Shown in pieces: positions 51,174-64,000 of a DNA stretch of 64,000 nucleotides. The notes below the pieces were generated by a model. The model was not told the origin of the DNA and did no database searches. It saw nothing but the letters and a program-made list of their open reading frames with translations. Numbering within the stretch: position 1 is the first letter of the stretch; each line of letters begins with the position of its first letter. The DNA comes from Eledone cirrhosa (taxonomy: Eukaryota). The DNA is taken from assembly GCA_964016885.1 (NCBI GenBank), contig OZ024742.1:122202001-122266000 (forward strand), in the 5' to 3' direction. Position numbers and translations under genes: made by a program.

Positions 51174-51401
51174 GGGATAACAGATTATTGTTATAGGTAG
51201 TCCACTTAGGTGTAGTCCAGTTAGGGTACTACGAGTTTTACACGCTAAAGTCGTAGATACACTATGTTTCTTACTTAGATTGATGTTGTGATTATTTCAA
51301 ATAATTTATTGCTAGCATTGTTAGTATTGTTGTTATTGTTCTGATTGAATGCCATTACTATATATAGAATCCATGCCTGTGTATTCCCTTCATTCTCGCA
51401 A

Positions 51402-51507
51402 GCTCTGATGAATTGACTGGTTACAACTATGTATTGGTGATCGAATGACGCGAAAACAGGCGGGTAGCGATCTCTAGACCTACCAGTTCAGAGAAACAAT
51501 AGTCAGC
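51402..51507 (+). ncRNA. Type-I hammerhead with ~80-nt stem II
   Basis: GCT-CTGATGA-AT-TGACTGGT...ACCAGTTCA-GA-GAAAC-AATA-GTC-AGC. Confidence 0.7.
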
Positions 51508-51688
51508 AATGAGATTAAAAACCTTTTTTGTATAGCAAACCGTGTCACACTTCTTTCCTGATTTATATATATATATATATATCGGTTGCCAGTTAATCGC
51601 TTTACCGTGTCGATTGTCACAAACAGTCATTACCGGCACGGGCGGGTGTTTGCATTATGTCGATCGATAGGTTATTGATTAGGCGATA

Positions 51689-51799
51689 CCCGCTGATGAA
51701 GCCGCATAAGCCGATTTGTGCATTGTTGCATAATATATGCAGACAGATGGTGCAGTGCACCTTACTGCTGCATTAGTGCTGCAGAAACTCGAGTCCGGG
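51689..51799 (+). ncRNA. Type-I hammerhead with ~85-nt stem II and palindromic stem III
   Basis: CCCG-CTGATGA-AGC...GTGCATTG/CAGTGCAC...GCA-GAAAC-TCGA-GTC-CGGG. Confidence 0.8.
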
Positions 51800-52233
51800 A
51801 ACCTTATAGGCACCCGTTTTACGTATGTTGTGTTGAAGCAAATAACTATGTGTATACTCTGGTAATGTATCTTACATTGCACATTGAGTGCGCTGAGATA
51901 CAACCGGTACTGGCATTGATATATAAATATTATTTTATTTGGTTCCTCTACCACCTTATTCCTTCTACCACTTTATCATTTTTTTGAGCTGACTCTAACA
52001 CCGACACCACTACCAACATAAGAGTAGAGGTCAGATGTAGTTAGCAATAACAAGAAAAACCACTACAGATGGCCTTGCCTCAGAATGAATTTCTATAGAA
52101 TTCTGACTGAGGAATATTCTCACAACTGACCAATGAGAGGGGAAGATGTCCTTTGACGCTGAAATTCGTCAGAGTATTGACAAAGTTAAACACCTCAACA
52201 ACATGTGTACTCGTCTCTACCACACTAATTCGG

Positions 52234-52287
52234 ACTGCCTGAGAGGTCACAACCAAAGATGGCTGTCACTGAAATATATATAGCAGT
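52234..52287 (+). ncRNA. Hammerhead with a 1-nt core deletion
   Basis: ACTGC-CTGA(-)GA-GGTCACAACCA..TGGCTGTCACT-GAAATATATATA-GCAGT. Confidence 0.65.
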
Positions 52288-52510
52288 AATAAACGAAGCC
52301 AAATGTTAAACATTTGATTTATTTATTTTATTTTATTTTACATTACTCCGGAGTAACCAAACCAACCTGCGCACTTCGTCGAGTGCTCCAATCTGCATAT
52401 TGCGGTGTTGGTATACAACCAACATATACTAAAAAAAAAAAAAAAAAAAAAAAAATATATATATAGTGACGAAATATAAGTCAATTGCATGAACTCATAA
52501 TCCTTTATTT

Positions 52511-52566
52511 ACTGCTATATATATTTCGATGATAGCCATTGAATGGCTATGACCTCATCAGGCAGT
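52511..52566 (-). ncRNA. Intact type-I hammerhead ribozyme
   Basis: ACTGC-CTGATGA-GGTC ATAGCCAT tca ATGGCTAT CATC-GAAATATATATA-GCAGT. Confidence 0.88.
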
Positions 52567-53139
52567 TAGTCAGTTCTTAGATATGCCAGCTCTGTGTTTA
52601 TAGTGTTGATGGTATCAGTGGCTTGGAACATGTGAGCTTGTTAGGAATAATTTAATGTTGTCAGCAGGAATAGTCTTAATTCTCATTGGTCACTTTGTAG
52701 ATGCTAGTAGGGTTGGTATTTGGCCTCAAAGAGGCAGGTGGTGTTGTAAAGTTCAAACCGCCAGGCAAGATGACAATAGTTCCATATGCCTGATTTTCAC
52801 AAAAAGCATTCCTGGTCAGATATATATTCAATTAAGGTTAACAGTATGGAATAGATAATACAGGTCATTCTTAAATTGAGGAATTTATGTGGAGTGGTGC
52901 TACTGAAAATTATGGTTAGAGTAGAAAATTTACAAATAAAATGACTTATCTAGGTTGGCTTGCACGTACACTTCCCCCCCCCCCACACACACACATCCAC
53001 ACATACAAATTGAGGAATTAATATGGGGTGGTAATACTTAAAATAATGGTTAAAGTCCAATACTTAGATAGTTTAGAAAATTGAGAAATAAAAGGCTTAT
53101 GTTGGTTGACTTGTACATACACTCACACCTACCTCCTCA

Positions 53140-54348
<1,209 letters not shown>

Positions 54349-54459
54349 TAGTTAAGCAAAATAAGACCATACATTTCACAAGGAAGACATTATTAGAACA
54401 TTGTGAACATATTTTAGTTTGATGTAAGTAATGTGGAGAATAATAATAATATTAATAAT

Positions 54460-54645
54460 AATTGTTTCTACTTTTGGCACAAGGCCATCAAATACCCAGT
54501 ACATTACTGGTACTTTATTTTATCGACCCCGTAAGGATGAAAGGTAAAGTTGACCTCGGCGGGGTTTGAACTCAGATCATAAAGGGACGTAACTATGCTG
54601 GAAAGCATGTCCGAGCCTCTACCGATACTGCCAATTCACCGCTCT
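54460..54645 (-). mobile_element. SINE inserted in the (TAA)n of the left pLTR
   Basis: Full SINE copy flanked by TAA repeats; absent from the right inverted arm. Confidence 0.9.
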
Positions 54646-55147
54646 AATAATAATGTCCGTTTACAATTGTTTCGCTACTCCATATAGTATTTCTGGATCA
54701 AATGACTATATATCATTATTGATCTGGTTCAGTTGAAAATAATTAACATAGTTAAAGACAGAGCGGCTCATCGGCACTTCAAAGGAATATAAATTAAAAT
54801 AAGGAAAGAATGTTACATAATGTAATGTTCCATATATTGGTATTTCACTATGGTGTCCTGGGTGTATCAATTGTCTGCCATAATCAGGCTGTATTCTTCT
54901 GTCGAGGCTGAATTGTGTGAGATCTGCCTATGGGTAACAAGATGGCCGCCAATGGACATATTTACCTTACTAATTAGAGGGTGGTTTCAGGGGAAGTAAC
55001 TCCTCATGAGATTAGAAATTGTGGGTAGTTTATAGTTAAGTGCTAATTTTTTAATTGAGAGACAATGTAGGTGAGGTAACTTATAATTATCTAAGTTAGT
55101 TATAGCTAGTTAACTTATTAGCTACAAGTAAAAATGGGGCTAGATGA

Positions 55148-56830
55148 CTATGTTGGGTCAAATATTCTGTTGGCGAAGGAATTAGCCCTTCGATGTTGAC
55201 AGCTAATAGTTACCTCCGTTCTATCGTTAATCGGTAGAGGTTGTGATAGAGTTATGTAATAAGCTTCGGTAATACAGAGATCACAAGATTTTCTTCGTCC
55301 ATTGAATGGTTGGGCCCTAGTTAAGATATCCCATGTTAGTGAGTGTTCAATGTTGGTTAATTTAAGGTTTTTAATGAGCCTAGCTAGAGATGTCGAACAT
55401 CTGTTGTTAGGGTCTCGGAAGGAAAAAAAGTGCACGTTATAGCGTATCTTAAAAGGGTTAGAGTTAGACCCGATATAGGAGCTGGTATTCGAAGCAGTTT
55501 TAACTGTGCACCTATAGACTATGTTGGGTATCAGGCAGTGGGCATGCATTAGGGTAACGGCAGTTGCAGTTGCTTCTGCGGTTAGTGAGAGTAGGGTAGT
55601 TTAACCCAAGCGGTTGGTCAGTTTTAGAAGGATTAGATGGGGGAGGTGTGCTACTAGAGTAAGTATTGATGTAGTGGCGTGGTGTATTTGATAGGGGTGG
55701 TGGTATTGCTGTGTGGGAGTTATACTGTCTTAGTTTATGATGGTTACTGAATGCGATGTGGCTAGCTAGGTTAGGTGTTGTGGAGAATGAGATTTTAATG
55801 TTATTTTTATTAAAGAGTTTGTAATATCTATGGTTGGGGGGGATGTTTAGATAGGATAGAGAAGAAGCGTTTAGGGATATTAGTGGCTAGATTAGATGAG
55901 AATGGGGGGTTAAACCAGGTGATATTTCTAGGCATATTTCTTCTAGGGGTTCTAGTGGAGTTGGTAGGGCCTTCCTAGAGTATTATTACCTGGGCATTTG
56001 TTATTTGTCATACTATTGCTCATTCCTATTCTAGGATTGATTTTTAGTTTGCTACTTGGAGTGGGGAGCAGGCCGCTGAAACCATTTAAAGTTCCCTGTA
56101 TAGGTGCTGTTACTGCTAAAATTCCGGCGAATCTGGCTATATGCTAAGTTATTTCTAGTTCTAATGTTAAGTTTATTATGGTGAATTGCTGTGTTATGGC
56201 ATTTAGTTATGTAGTAAATGGATTGTTCATAACCAGATTCAGAAAGAGCCTTATTATAATATGGTGCATGGTTTATAAATATCTCCTCCTTTGCTGATAG
56301 CATGGGGATCCTATACGAGATAGATTTGATTACTGCTCTGATGACTGCCGGTGGGTGGTTAGAGTGTGGGCTAATATATGTAAGTATTTCACCTGGTTTA
56401 TGGTAAAGGTAATATAGGTTATTGTTAAGATCCAGGGTGACGTCTAGGAAGTTTACTACTTTATGGTTCGGCTCGATGATGATAGAGAGACCGTTATTTT
56501 TAAAGAATCTATGTAATTGTTTTTTGAGCAAATCAATGCCCCGATTAGTGCAATTATGGACTGCAAATAGGGCGTCGTCCCTGTATATTCCGCCTTGCAA
56601 GGGTTGGACTTCGGCTCTGATGTTATGTAATAGTTAAATTCCAACTAAATCGGTGATTTGCGCAGAGTCACTTGAGCCCATCGTGATGTCAAAGTTGTCT
56701 GTTCTGCCTTTTCTAGTCCAGAGTGCTCCGTTGAATTCAATGATGGTCTGCCTAGCCATAAGAATGATGTCAATCTCATTATTGGTTATGTCAGAGTTGG
56801 TGCTGGCTAGGGTTAGTGCTTTGTTGAGCA
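55148..56830 (-). pseudogene. Disrupted PLE RT + GIY-YIG ORF
   Basis: ORFs 56052-56600 and 55148-55549 plus upstream FDITMGSSDSAQITDLVG motif. Confidence 0.85.
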
Positions 56831-57282
56831 GTTCCGGGTTTATTTTAATTTATATTCCTTTGAAGTTCCGATGAGTTTTTAACTATGTTAATTATTTTCA
56901 GCTGAACCAGATCAATAATAATATATAGTCATTTGATCCAGAAATATTACATGCAGTAGCGAAACAATTGTAAACGGACATTATTATTATTAATATTATT
57001 ATTATTATTCTCTACAATCCTTACATCAAACTAAAATATGTTGACAATCTTTTAATAATGTCTTCCTTGTGAAATTTGTGGTCTTGTTTTGCTTAAGTAA
57101 TGAATATTTCCAGCTCTGCCCGCCTAACCTCTGCATGAACCCAGCCACCTAGCTGCTTTCCACTGAAAATTGCACATTGAGCACATGCCTTTACGCTTTG
57201 GCTTCTAACTAATTCACCAATCTCTCCTCTCCTATCTCCTCTCCTATCCCCATCTCTCTCTTTAAGATTGGTTACTCTTGAA

Positions 57283-57628
<346 letters not shown>

Positions 57629-58620
57629 GAAACAGATACCACTAACCGCACATCTAGTCGTATGCGCAAATAATAAGACACAAAAATTACAAGTATTCCC
57701 ATTTTTTCTTTGCGCTGACAATACAACAGAACAAATACGAATAAGTAAGGAAAATATGTTCATTCACAAATATTCCTACTAGCAGAATCATTTTCATACC
57801 CACGCACACACACAATATATATATATATTCTCTTCATCTTAACATGCTACCCATACTCCAACACACACATAACACCCATACACACACATAACAACCCCCA
57901 CGCCCACAAACACACAACTCCCTGCCACATTTCTACTAATAGAAACACACATATATACACACACAAAATATATATATTCGCACCATCTTAACATACTCCC
58001 CCACAAACGCACAAACATAACACCCATATACACACACACACACAACTCCCTCCCCCATTTCTACTAATAGAATCATCTTCCTATACACACACACACACAC
58101 AAGCACACAAATAAACATACATATCTTTACTTTCTTTATTTCAATAGAAAATCTGAATTCTGACACCCCAGCGAACTAACCATATTCACTGAACCAGAAC
58201 AATTCTCCCATCCCATTTCTCTTGACCATTATATTTTGCTTGTCATAAAATTCTTTAAAAAGGCTACAGAATAAATTTCCAAATACGGGCGCGATTTTTA
58301 ATGAAAACTTGTTCACGTGACAGCAATAATTTCATTTATAACCAATCAAATTACGTTTATTTAAAAAAAGCCTTTGTGAGACCCTTTTTTTTAAGTAAAA
58401 GAAATTCAAACACTCATATATGAAAAACAACCTGACCCCCCCCCCCCCTCCTGTTCGAAGAACTTTCTAACGCGAACTGGTGCGAAATTTATTATAATTA
58501 TTGACCAACCAATCAAATTACTTCTATGGCGTTTCGAGCCACTTTTTTCCATATAAAACAAGTAACATTCAAAGACCAACCAGATGTGAGAAAAACCACA
58601 GACCCTCCATCTCAACTCTA

Positions 58621-58656
58621 CTTTTGAAAAGCAGAAGAACTGCGAAACCGGTAAAG
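58621..58656 (+). ncRNA. Minimal hammerhead with U3:A8 core
   Basis: CTT-TTGAAAA-GCAG aagaa CTGC-GAAAC-CG-GTA-AAG; palindromic ACCGGT. Confidence 0.7.
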
Positions 58657-59349
58657 GAACCACATAAATATATATATTTAAACAAAAAATAAGACTCCAG
58701 TTGAATTTTCGATTTCATCTTTTTTTCTTTATACTTTCCCTCGTGTAGGACACCTCGGTTATTTTTCATTTTGTAAAAAAAACCTCACTTTCTAATATAT
58801 ATATATATATTATGGGATTATATAAACTGTATTATTACTGACGGGAAACCTCAATAAATAAGTGTTGTTTTTGTACATATTCTTCTATTTAAATCGTTAG
58901 TTTTGATGTACCAATCTTGTTTGTTGTGCTTACGGACTAGCATCAACACGCCAACAGTATACTTGTTGGCATAATGATACAATTACTGGTAAATGATGGA
59001 CCTAAAAATAAAATTATAGAATTTGAAAAGGTATCTCTTAATTCTTCATTTCATCTCTTCCTTGAGTCTAATTTCTCAAGAAGTTTATTCCGTTTATGGC
59101 AAAATCTATATAAGCACGCGAAAGAATTTTGAAAATTCAGATAATATGAATATTTTCTATTTCTATCATATACATCTATTGAATGTGGCGGATGTATGTC
59201 AGGAACACAGTATGCTGTCGATATTTCAGAAGTATCACACTGTACGCTGGAAAGAACAGTGAGGAATAATCATCTAAATTTTAGGAATGATACTGAAGTA
59301 TTAAATTTTGAAGAAGCTGCTATCTATCCGGATAAATAAGAACAGCCCC

Positions 59350-59560
59350 AATCATGGTCTCTAATTTAGGAACAAAGCCAACAATGTTTCGGAGCGGGAA
59401 AACCCGATTAAATCGAACCCAGGGCGTTACTGGTTCTTTATTTTATCGCGTTCGTAAGGTTGAAAGGAAGAGCTGACCTCGGTGGGATATTAATTCAGAA
59501 CGTAAAGGGTCGTAACTATATGCCATAAACTTGTCTGATGCTCTACCGATACTGTCAATC
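59350..59560 (-). mobile_element. SINE copy
   Basis: GAAAGGAAGAGCTGACCTCGGTGGGA core and CTCTACCGATACTGTCAATCC head. Confidence 0.75.
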
Positions 59561-60459
59561 CCCAGTTCTACAAACAGCCCAAGTAATGAGTGCAGATATA
59601 TGAACAATTACATTAGATAAATGACAGACGATTATATTTTTAAGCCAAAAAATTGATTTCTTCAAAACATTTATTTGAAATCTGAAATTTTAATATCACA
59701 ATGATGTTTGTTATTAAATTTAGATTTCAGCTGTCGATTTATTATGGGCTCTTGATAATATTTTAAATAAATTGTAACATTTGATTTGAATGCTGAAAAT
59801 GAATTGGTCTGATTATGAATTGACCTGGCAGTGAACTTGCTAATGACAAATTGACTGAAGTCAAATTGACCTGCAAGGAATTGACCGGGCGCCCAGCAGA
59901 ATAAACTTTACACCTCACCTCCTAATATCAATATAATTGATAGAATTAATAATTTGTACAACAATTTTCAATTTTATTCAGTATATCGTTGGCGAATGGG
60001 ATGCCACATAGACTCCATTCCTGTATTAGCTACAAATATCTCATTTGGGGCATCAAATCCCATCGTGATAAACTTCATGTTTCATCATTACCGGGTTGAT
60101 AGAAATATCCATCCAGGGTAGTGGAGTGGCATAATTTTGAATAGGGACTTGAATGCATGGGCTGCTAATCTGGGCAAGCTTTTGCTCTCAGAGAAACCTT
60201 CCAGATGATGTTACCATGAGCTTTTCTAACAGCTAGGTCTGGTGAAACTGATAGTTATGTACACATTAATTGTATATACATGTTCTATTAAATTATGTGT
60301 AGGTTCATTTGTTTCCGAGAAAATGCATGTAAATTCTATGTTACATGTAAAATAACAATATCTAAATTTAAATGCAATTCCTTGCTCTCGGATTAGTATT
60401 GTCCTATGCAACAGGAGGTATAAATGTAACCGGTTTAATATCGATAAAAGGATAACCCA

Positions 60460-60780
60460 AATCTCTTCCTCTTCGTCAACGTCTTCGTCTGCGTGCAGCG
60501 TCTTCAAACAGACCTTCCAGCGTGTCTTGTCAGGAGCAGCTCTCTCCAATTTATCCGACTGTATTCCCAAGCGAGACCAACGAAGCTCAGGGATGTTATT
60601 AAACCAACTTGCTCGGGGTTTACCCTTGGATATCCTACCGGCTGGTTTTTGCCTGTAAAATCTGTCCAGTGATTCTTTCCTGAGACATCCTAACTACATA
60701 GTCGTAGTATTGGACTGTGATCTCTACCTGGAGCAATTCTTTGATCTCCGAGCTACGCATTCTACTAAGTAACGGTACTC
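60460..60780 (-). mobile_element. RTE LINE 3' relic
   Basis: GRISKGKPRASW...AAPDKTRWK-like C-terminus; CGAGCTACGCATTCTA is shared with ~42660. Confidence 0.65.
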
Positions 60781-61579
60781 TAAAGAATTAAACACAAGTA
60801 AAACAGCTTCATATTTTCAGTGAATTATCTTTTGCAACGACGGTAGAACAGAAATAAAGTAAATCACATCCTCCATACATTATGTGATTTAAGTTTAAAA
60901 AAAAAAAAAGAAATCAAATACAATCCATATTTATAACACATAAATATTGCTTGTAAAATTTTGAAATCTTCGCCGAGTCATCAATTTAATATTTCTGAAT
61001 CACGTTTGCATCGCAGTATTTGGAGATATTAAAACATAATACAAATTTGAGACTTCTATAAAAGAAATAATATAACGATGAAGGGAAAATATTTTGGAAA
61101 AATGACATCGGGATTGTAATAGAATATAAGTACCGAACCACATTGATGCTTTGACTATGTATATTTATGAATAAAAAATGTTAACAAAAAAGCCAAAACA
61201 AAAAACGAACGAACATAATATCAGAAATGAGTGTATACTTGAAAATCATTCCAAACCGTCTTATACAATAACGTAAAAAAACAACTTACGAACAAGAAAT
61301 ATTACAGGGAAGTGATATTTCAAACAATCAACATACATCGAAAATTTAGTTGCAAAAGATTCAGATACATAAGAATCAGTGTAGAAAGAAACACTATAAT
61401 TCTAGATTACTAGGATTTAATCTATTGTGTTACGATTGGAATAATATTCAGGTCAGTAAGTACGGTTTTATACGAACTTACTCTTTCACATAAATATATA
61501 CATCCATACACACACACACAAGTCGTTGTTTTATTACACACACACACACACACACGCCCCCCCCATATATATATATATA

Positions 61580-62528
61580 TATCAACTAGAAATAGATTGA
61601 CATATATACATATAAAATAAACATGAAACAATCACAGGGAATAATTTGTAAAGTGTGTAAGCACACATAGCTAGGTAGGTAACTGATTAATGTTTAACTA
61701 GAACTTCAAATATAGATACCTTTTAAAATGATTAATCTCCTTTGTATATATTTCTTTAAATAAAAAAAATATATTTCACCAATTAATCGGTAAATCACAG
61801 GAGAAGATCCAACTATCATCACCAAAGGAGAAGCTCCAACTCGCTGTGTTTACACAGCAAATGCAAATCTGTGAATGACTCGTACCACCTGTTGCATTTA
61901 AAAAAAGAAATACACACATCGCACAGCGTCATCCCAGTGGCGTGAATAGGATTATCGACAGCTAGAAATAGCAGCCGAGTCCATTCAACTGTGTTAGCTC
62001 TAAAATTAAGGGACCGTATATGTATCCAAAATTAAATATATTTCACCAATTAATCGGTAAATCCCAGTAGTCAAATCCCGGATGGTCACCAAAGGAGAAG
62101 ATCCATTTTTTTTAAAAATGCAACACGTGGTACGAGTCATTCACAGATTTGCATTTGCTGTGTAAACACAGATAGTTGGATCTTCTCCTTTGGTGACCAT
62201 CCTAATTTGACTACTGTGATTTACCGATTAATTGGTGAAATATATTTTTTATTTAAAGAAATATATACAAAGGAGATTAATCATTTTAAAAGGTATCTAT
62301 ATTTGAAGTTCTAGTTAAACTTTAATTAGTTACCTACCTAGCTATGTGTGCTTACACACTTTACAAATTATTCCCTGTGATTGTTTCATATGTTTATTTT
62401 ATATATATATATGTCAATCTATTTCTAGTTGATATAAAATGCTCGGATCTATTCATTGGAATCTATGAGCTTATTATGCAGTGGGTATGGTGCATGTCTC
62501 TCAGACATCACACCCTTAATTTAATTTT

Positions 62529-62535
<7 letters not shown>
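61580..62535. mobile_element. Inverted pair of the 550-nt hammerhead unit (arms ~61580-61905 / 62107-62433)
   Basis: Homologous to 6942-7595. HHR remnants at 61737-61830(-) (core GTGATGA) and 62185-62275(+), both with 8-bp stem I. Confidence 0.8.
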
Positions 62536-62594
<59 letters not shown>

Positions 62595-62596
62595 AA

Positions 62597-62683
62597 TGGT
62601 CCGACAAGCCATTGATTACAGAGTCGGGCTAGATCGATACATATCGAATCTTGAGCTGATCACTGGCGAAACGCGCGTCACCA
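62597..62683 (+). ncRNA. Hammerhead fold with variant or decayed core CCGACAA and long stem II
   Basis: TGGT-CCGACAA-GCCA.TGAT...ATCA.TGGC-GAAAC-GCGC-GTC-ACCA. Confidence 0.7.
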
Positions 62684-62769
62684 GCGAATAAAAGTAATGA
62701 AGGAGTAACCACTCGTCCTTGTTTTATTATATACCCACACACACACACACAAATATATATATATGTGTA

Positions 62770-62835
<66 letters not shown>

Positions 62836-62843
<8 letters not shown>

Positions 62844-64000
62844 TAACAAATGGAAACTATATTTATAAAAGCATATTTATTTCATTATACATATTTCAAG
62901 GACACCAAAGCAAATTATGGTGCGCTTTCATCATATAAAATATAATATAGATCAATTTTATAAAACAAATATTGACATACCCTTAAAGAATAAGACCATC
63001 GGCTCTCATTTGTTAATATATTGTATTTTTACTCCAATAATTTGTTGAGTGCTTTATATCAGTTATAAAAATATTTGCTTGTTGTATCCCAACAAATTAA
63101 ATATAACTTCTACATATATATATATATTTGTTTTGCAAGGTTTTTGATATTAAATGTGTCGAAACAAATATTGTTATACATGGGGAGTGTTGTAATAATA
63201 TTGCCAGAAATAATAACAGAACACATTCACTGTTTGGTTGGTTTTCGCTTCTGTATCTTTTATATCTCCATAGTTAATTCATTTGACAATCAACATTTAT
63301 CATTGATTGACCAACGGTCAAATAAAATAAAAATGGCGTAGACATTACAATTCAATACAATAGGAGGGAACATAATGGTAGTACCACTGATGATATTTCA
63401 GATGTGCTACGAAAGAACTTTGATAGACTATATATACATAATTATATCTGTATTTTTAACCGTTGGTCAATCAATGATAAATGTTGATTGTCAAATGAAT
63501 TAACTATGGAGATATAAAAGATACAGAAGCGAAAACCAACCAAACAGTGAATGTGTTCTGTTATTATTTCTGGCAATATTATTACAACAATATGACCCTC
63601 CCCAAGTATAACAATATTTGTTTCGACACACCATTTAATATCAAAAACCTTGCAAAACAAATATATATATATATGTAGAAGTTATATTTAATTTGTTGGG
63701 ATACAACAAGCACATATTTTTATAACTGATATAAAGCACTCAACAAATTATTGGAGTAAAAATACAATATATTAACAAATGGAAACTATATTTATAAAAC
63801 CATATTTATTTCATTATACATATTTCAAGGACACCAAAGGAAATTATGGTGCGCTTTCATCAGATAAAATATAATATAGATCAGTTTTATAAAAAATATT
63901 GACATACCCTTAAAGAATGCGACCATGTCGGTTGGAAGCTCTCGGGAGATTCCAACCGACATGGTCGCATTCTTTAAGGGTATGTCAATATTTTTTTATA
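62836..64000. repeat. Composite pLTR rearrangement: direct repeat 62836-62999 / 63765-63926, inverted repeat 63007-63318 / 63460-63781, terminal palindrome; HHRs at 62881-62939(-), 63382-63425(+), 63810-63868(-)
   Basis: Arms compared by eye and nearly identical. Cores ATGATGA, CTGATGA...GAAAGAACTT and CTGATGA...GAAATATGTATA. Confidence 0.85.

Larger units (their letters stand above)
54352..57096 (-). mobile_element. Penelope-like element, Naiad-like, 5'-truncated, with inverted pLTR copies (54352-54802 / 56839-57096)
   Basis: RT GGIYRDD and FLDVTL; thumb SNHPP; CNCRYPNACP linker; GIY-YIG NIVY..YIG..FKIRY; C-terminal CDLC...CQH. HHRs at 54659-54777(-) and 56865-56975(+). Confidence 0.85.

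Noticed and set aside
52102-52173. TCTGA-CTGAGGA...GAAATTCG-TCAGA possible extra hammerhead
   Set aside because: Stem II closure and stem III are poor, and the sister module lacks the core at the equivalent place.

Overview
This is AT-rich eukaryotic DNA, dense in microsatellites and almost entirely retroelement-derived. The repeat make-up ((TA)n/(CA)n tracts, an abundant tRNA-type SINE) resembles octopus/cephalopod genomes (inference). I found no convincing host protein-coding gene. Contents: (i) three decayed Penelope-like elements (PLEs; RT + GIY-YIG) of different types, each with a hammerhead ribozyme (HHR) motif in its 3' pseudo-LTR (pLTR); (ii) about 25 hand-folded type-I HHR motifs, intact to decayed, from many non-coding modules that mostly sit in (TA)n tracts and often form long inverted repeats; (iii) a ~17.6 kb chain of Tx1/L1-like LINEs (two near full-length tandem copies), R4/Dong-like elements and SINE pieces linked through (TAA)n; (iv) RTE LINE relics and many SINEs. 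The best candidate for an undescribed system is a non-coding 550-nt unit carrying one hammerhead. It occurs as circularly permuted copies at 6.9-7.6 kb and 61.6-62.5 kb, which is what a circular-RNA retrozyme mobilised by PLE machinery would leave behind. Some HHR cores are non-canonical (U3:A8, U4C) and several have greatly expanded stem II. All structures were folded by eye and boundaries are approximate.
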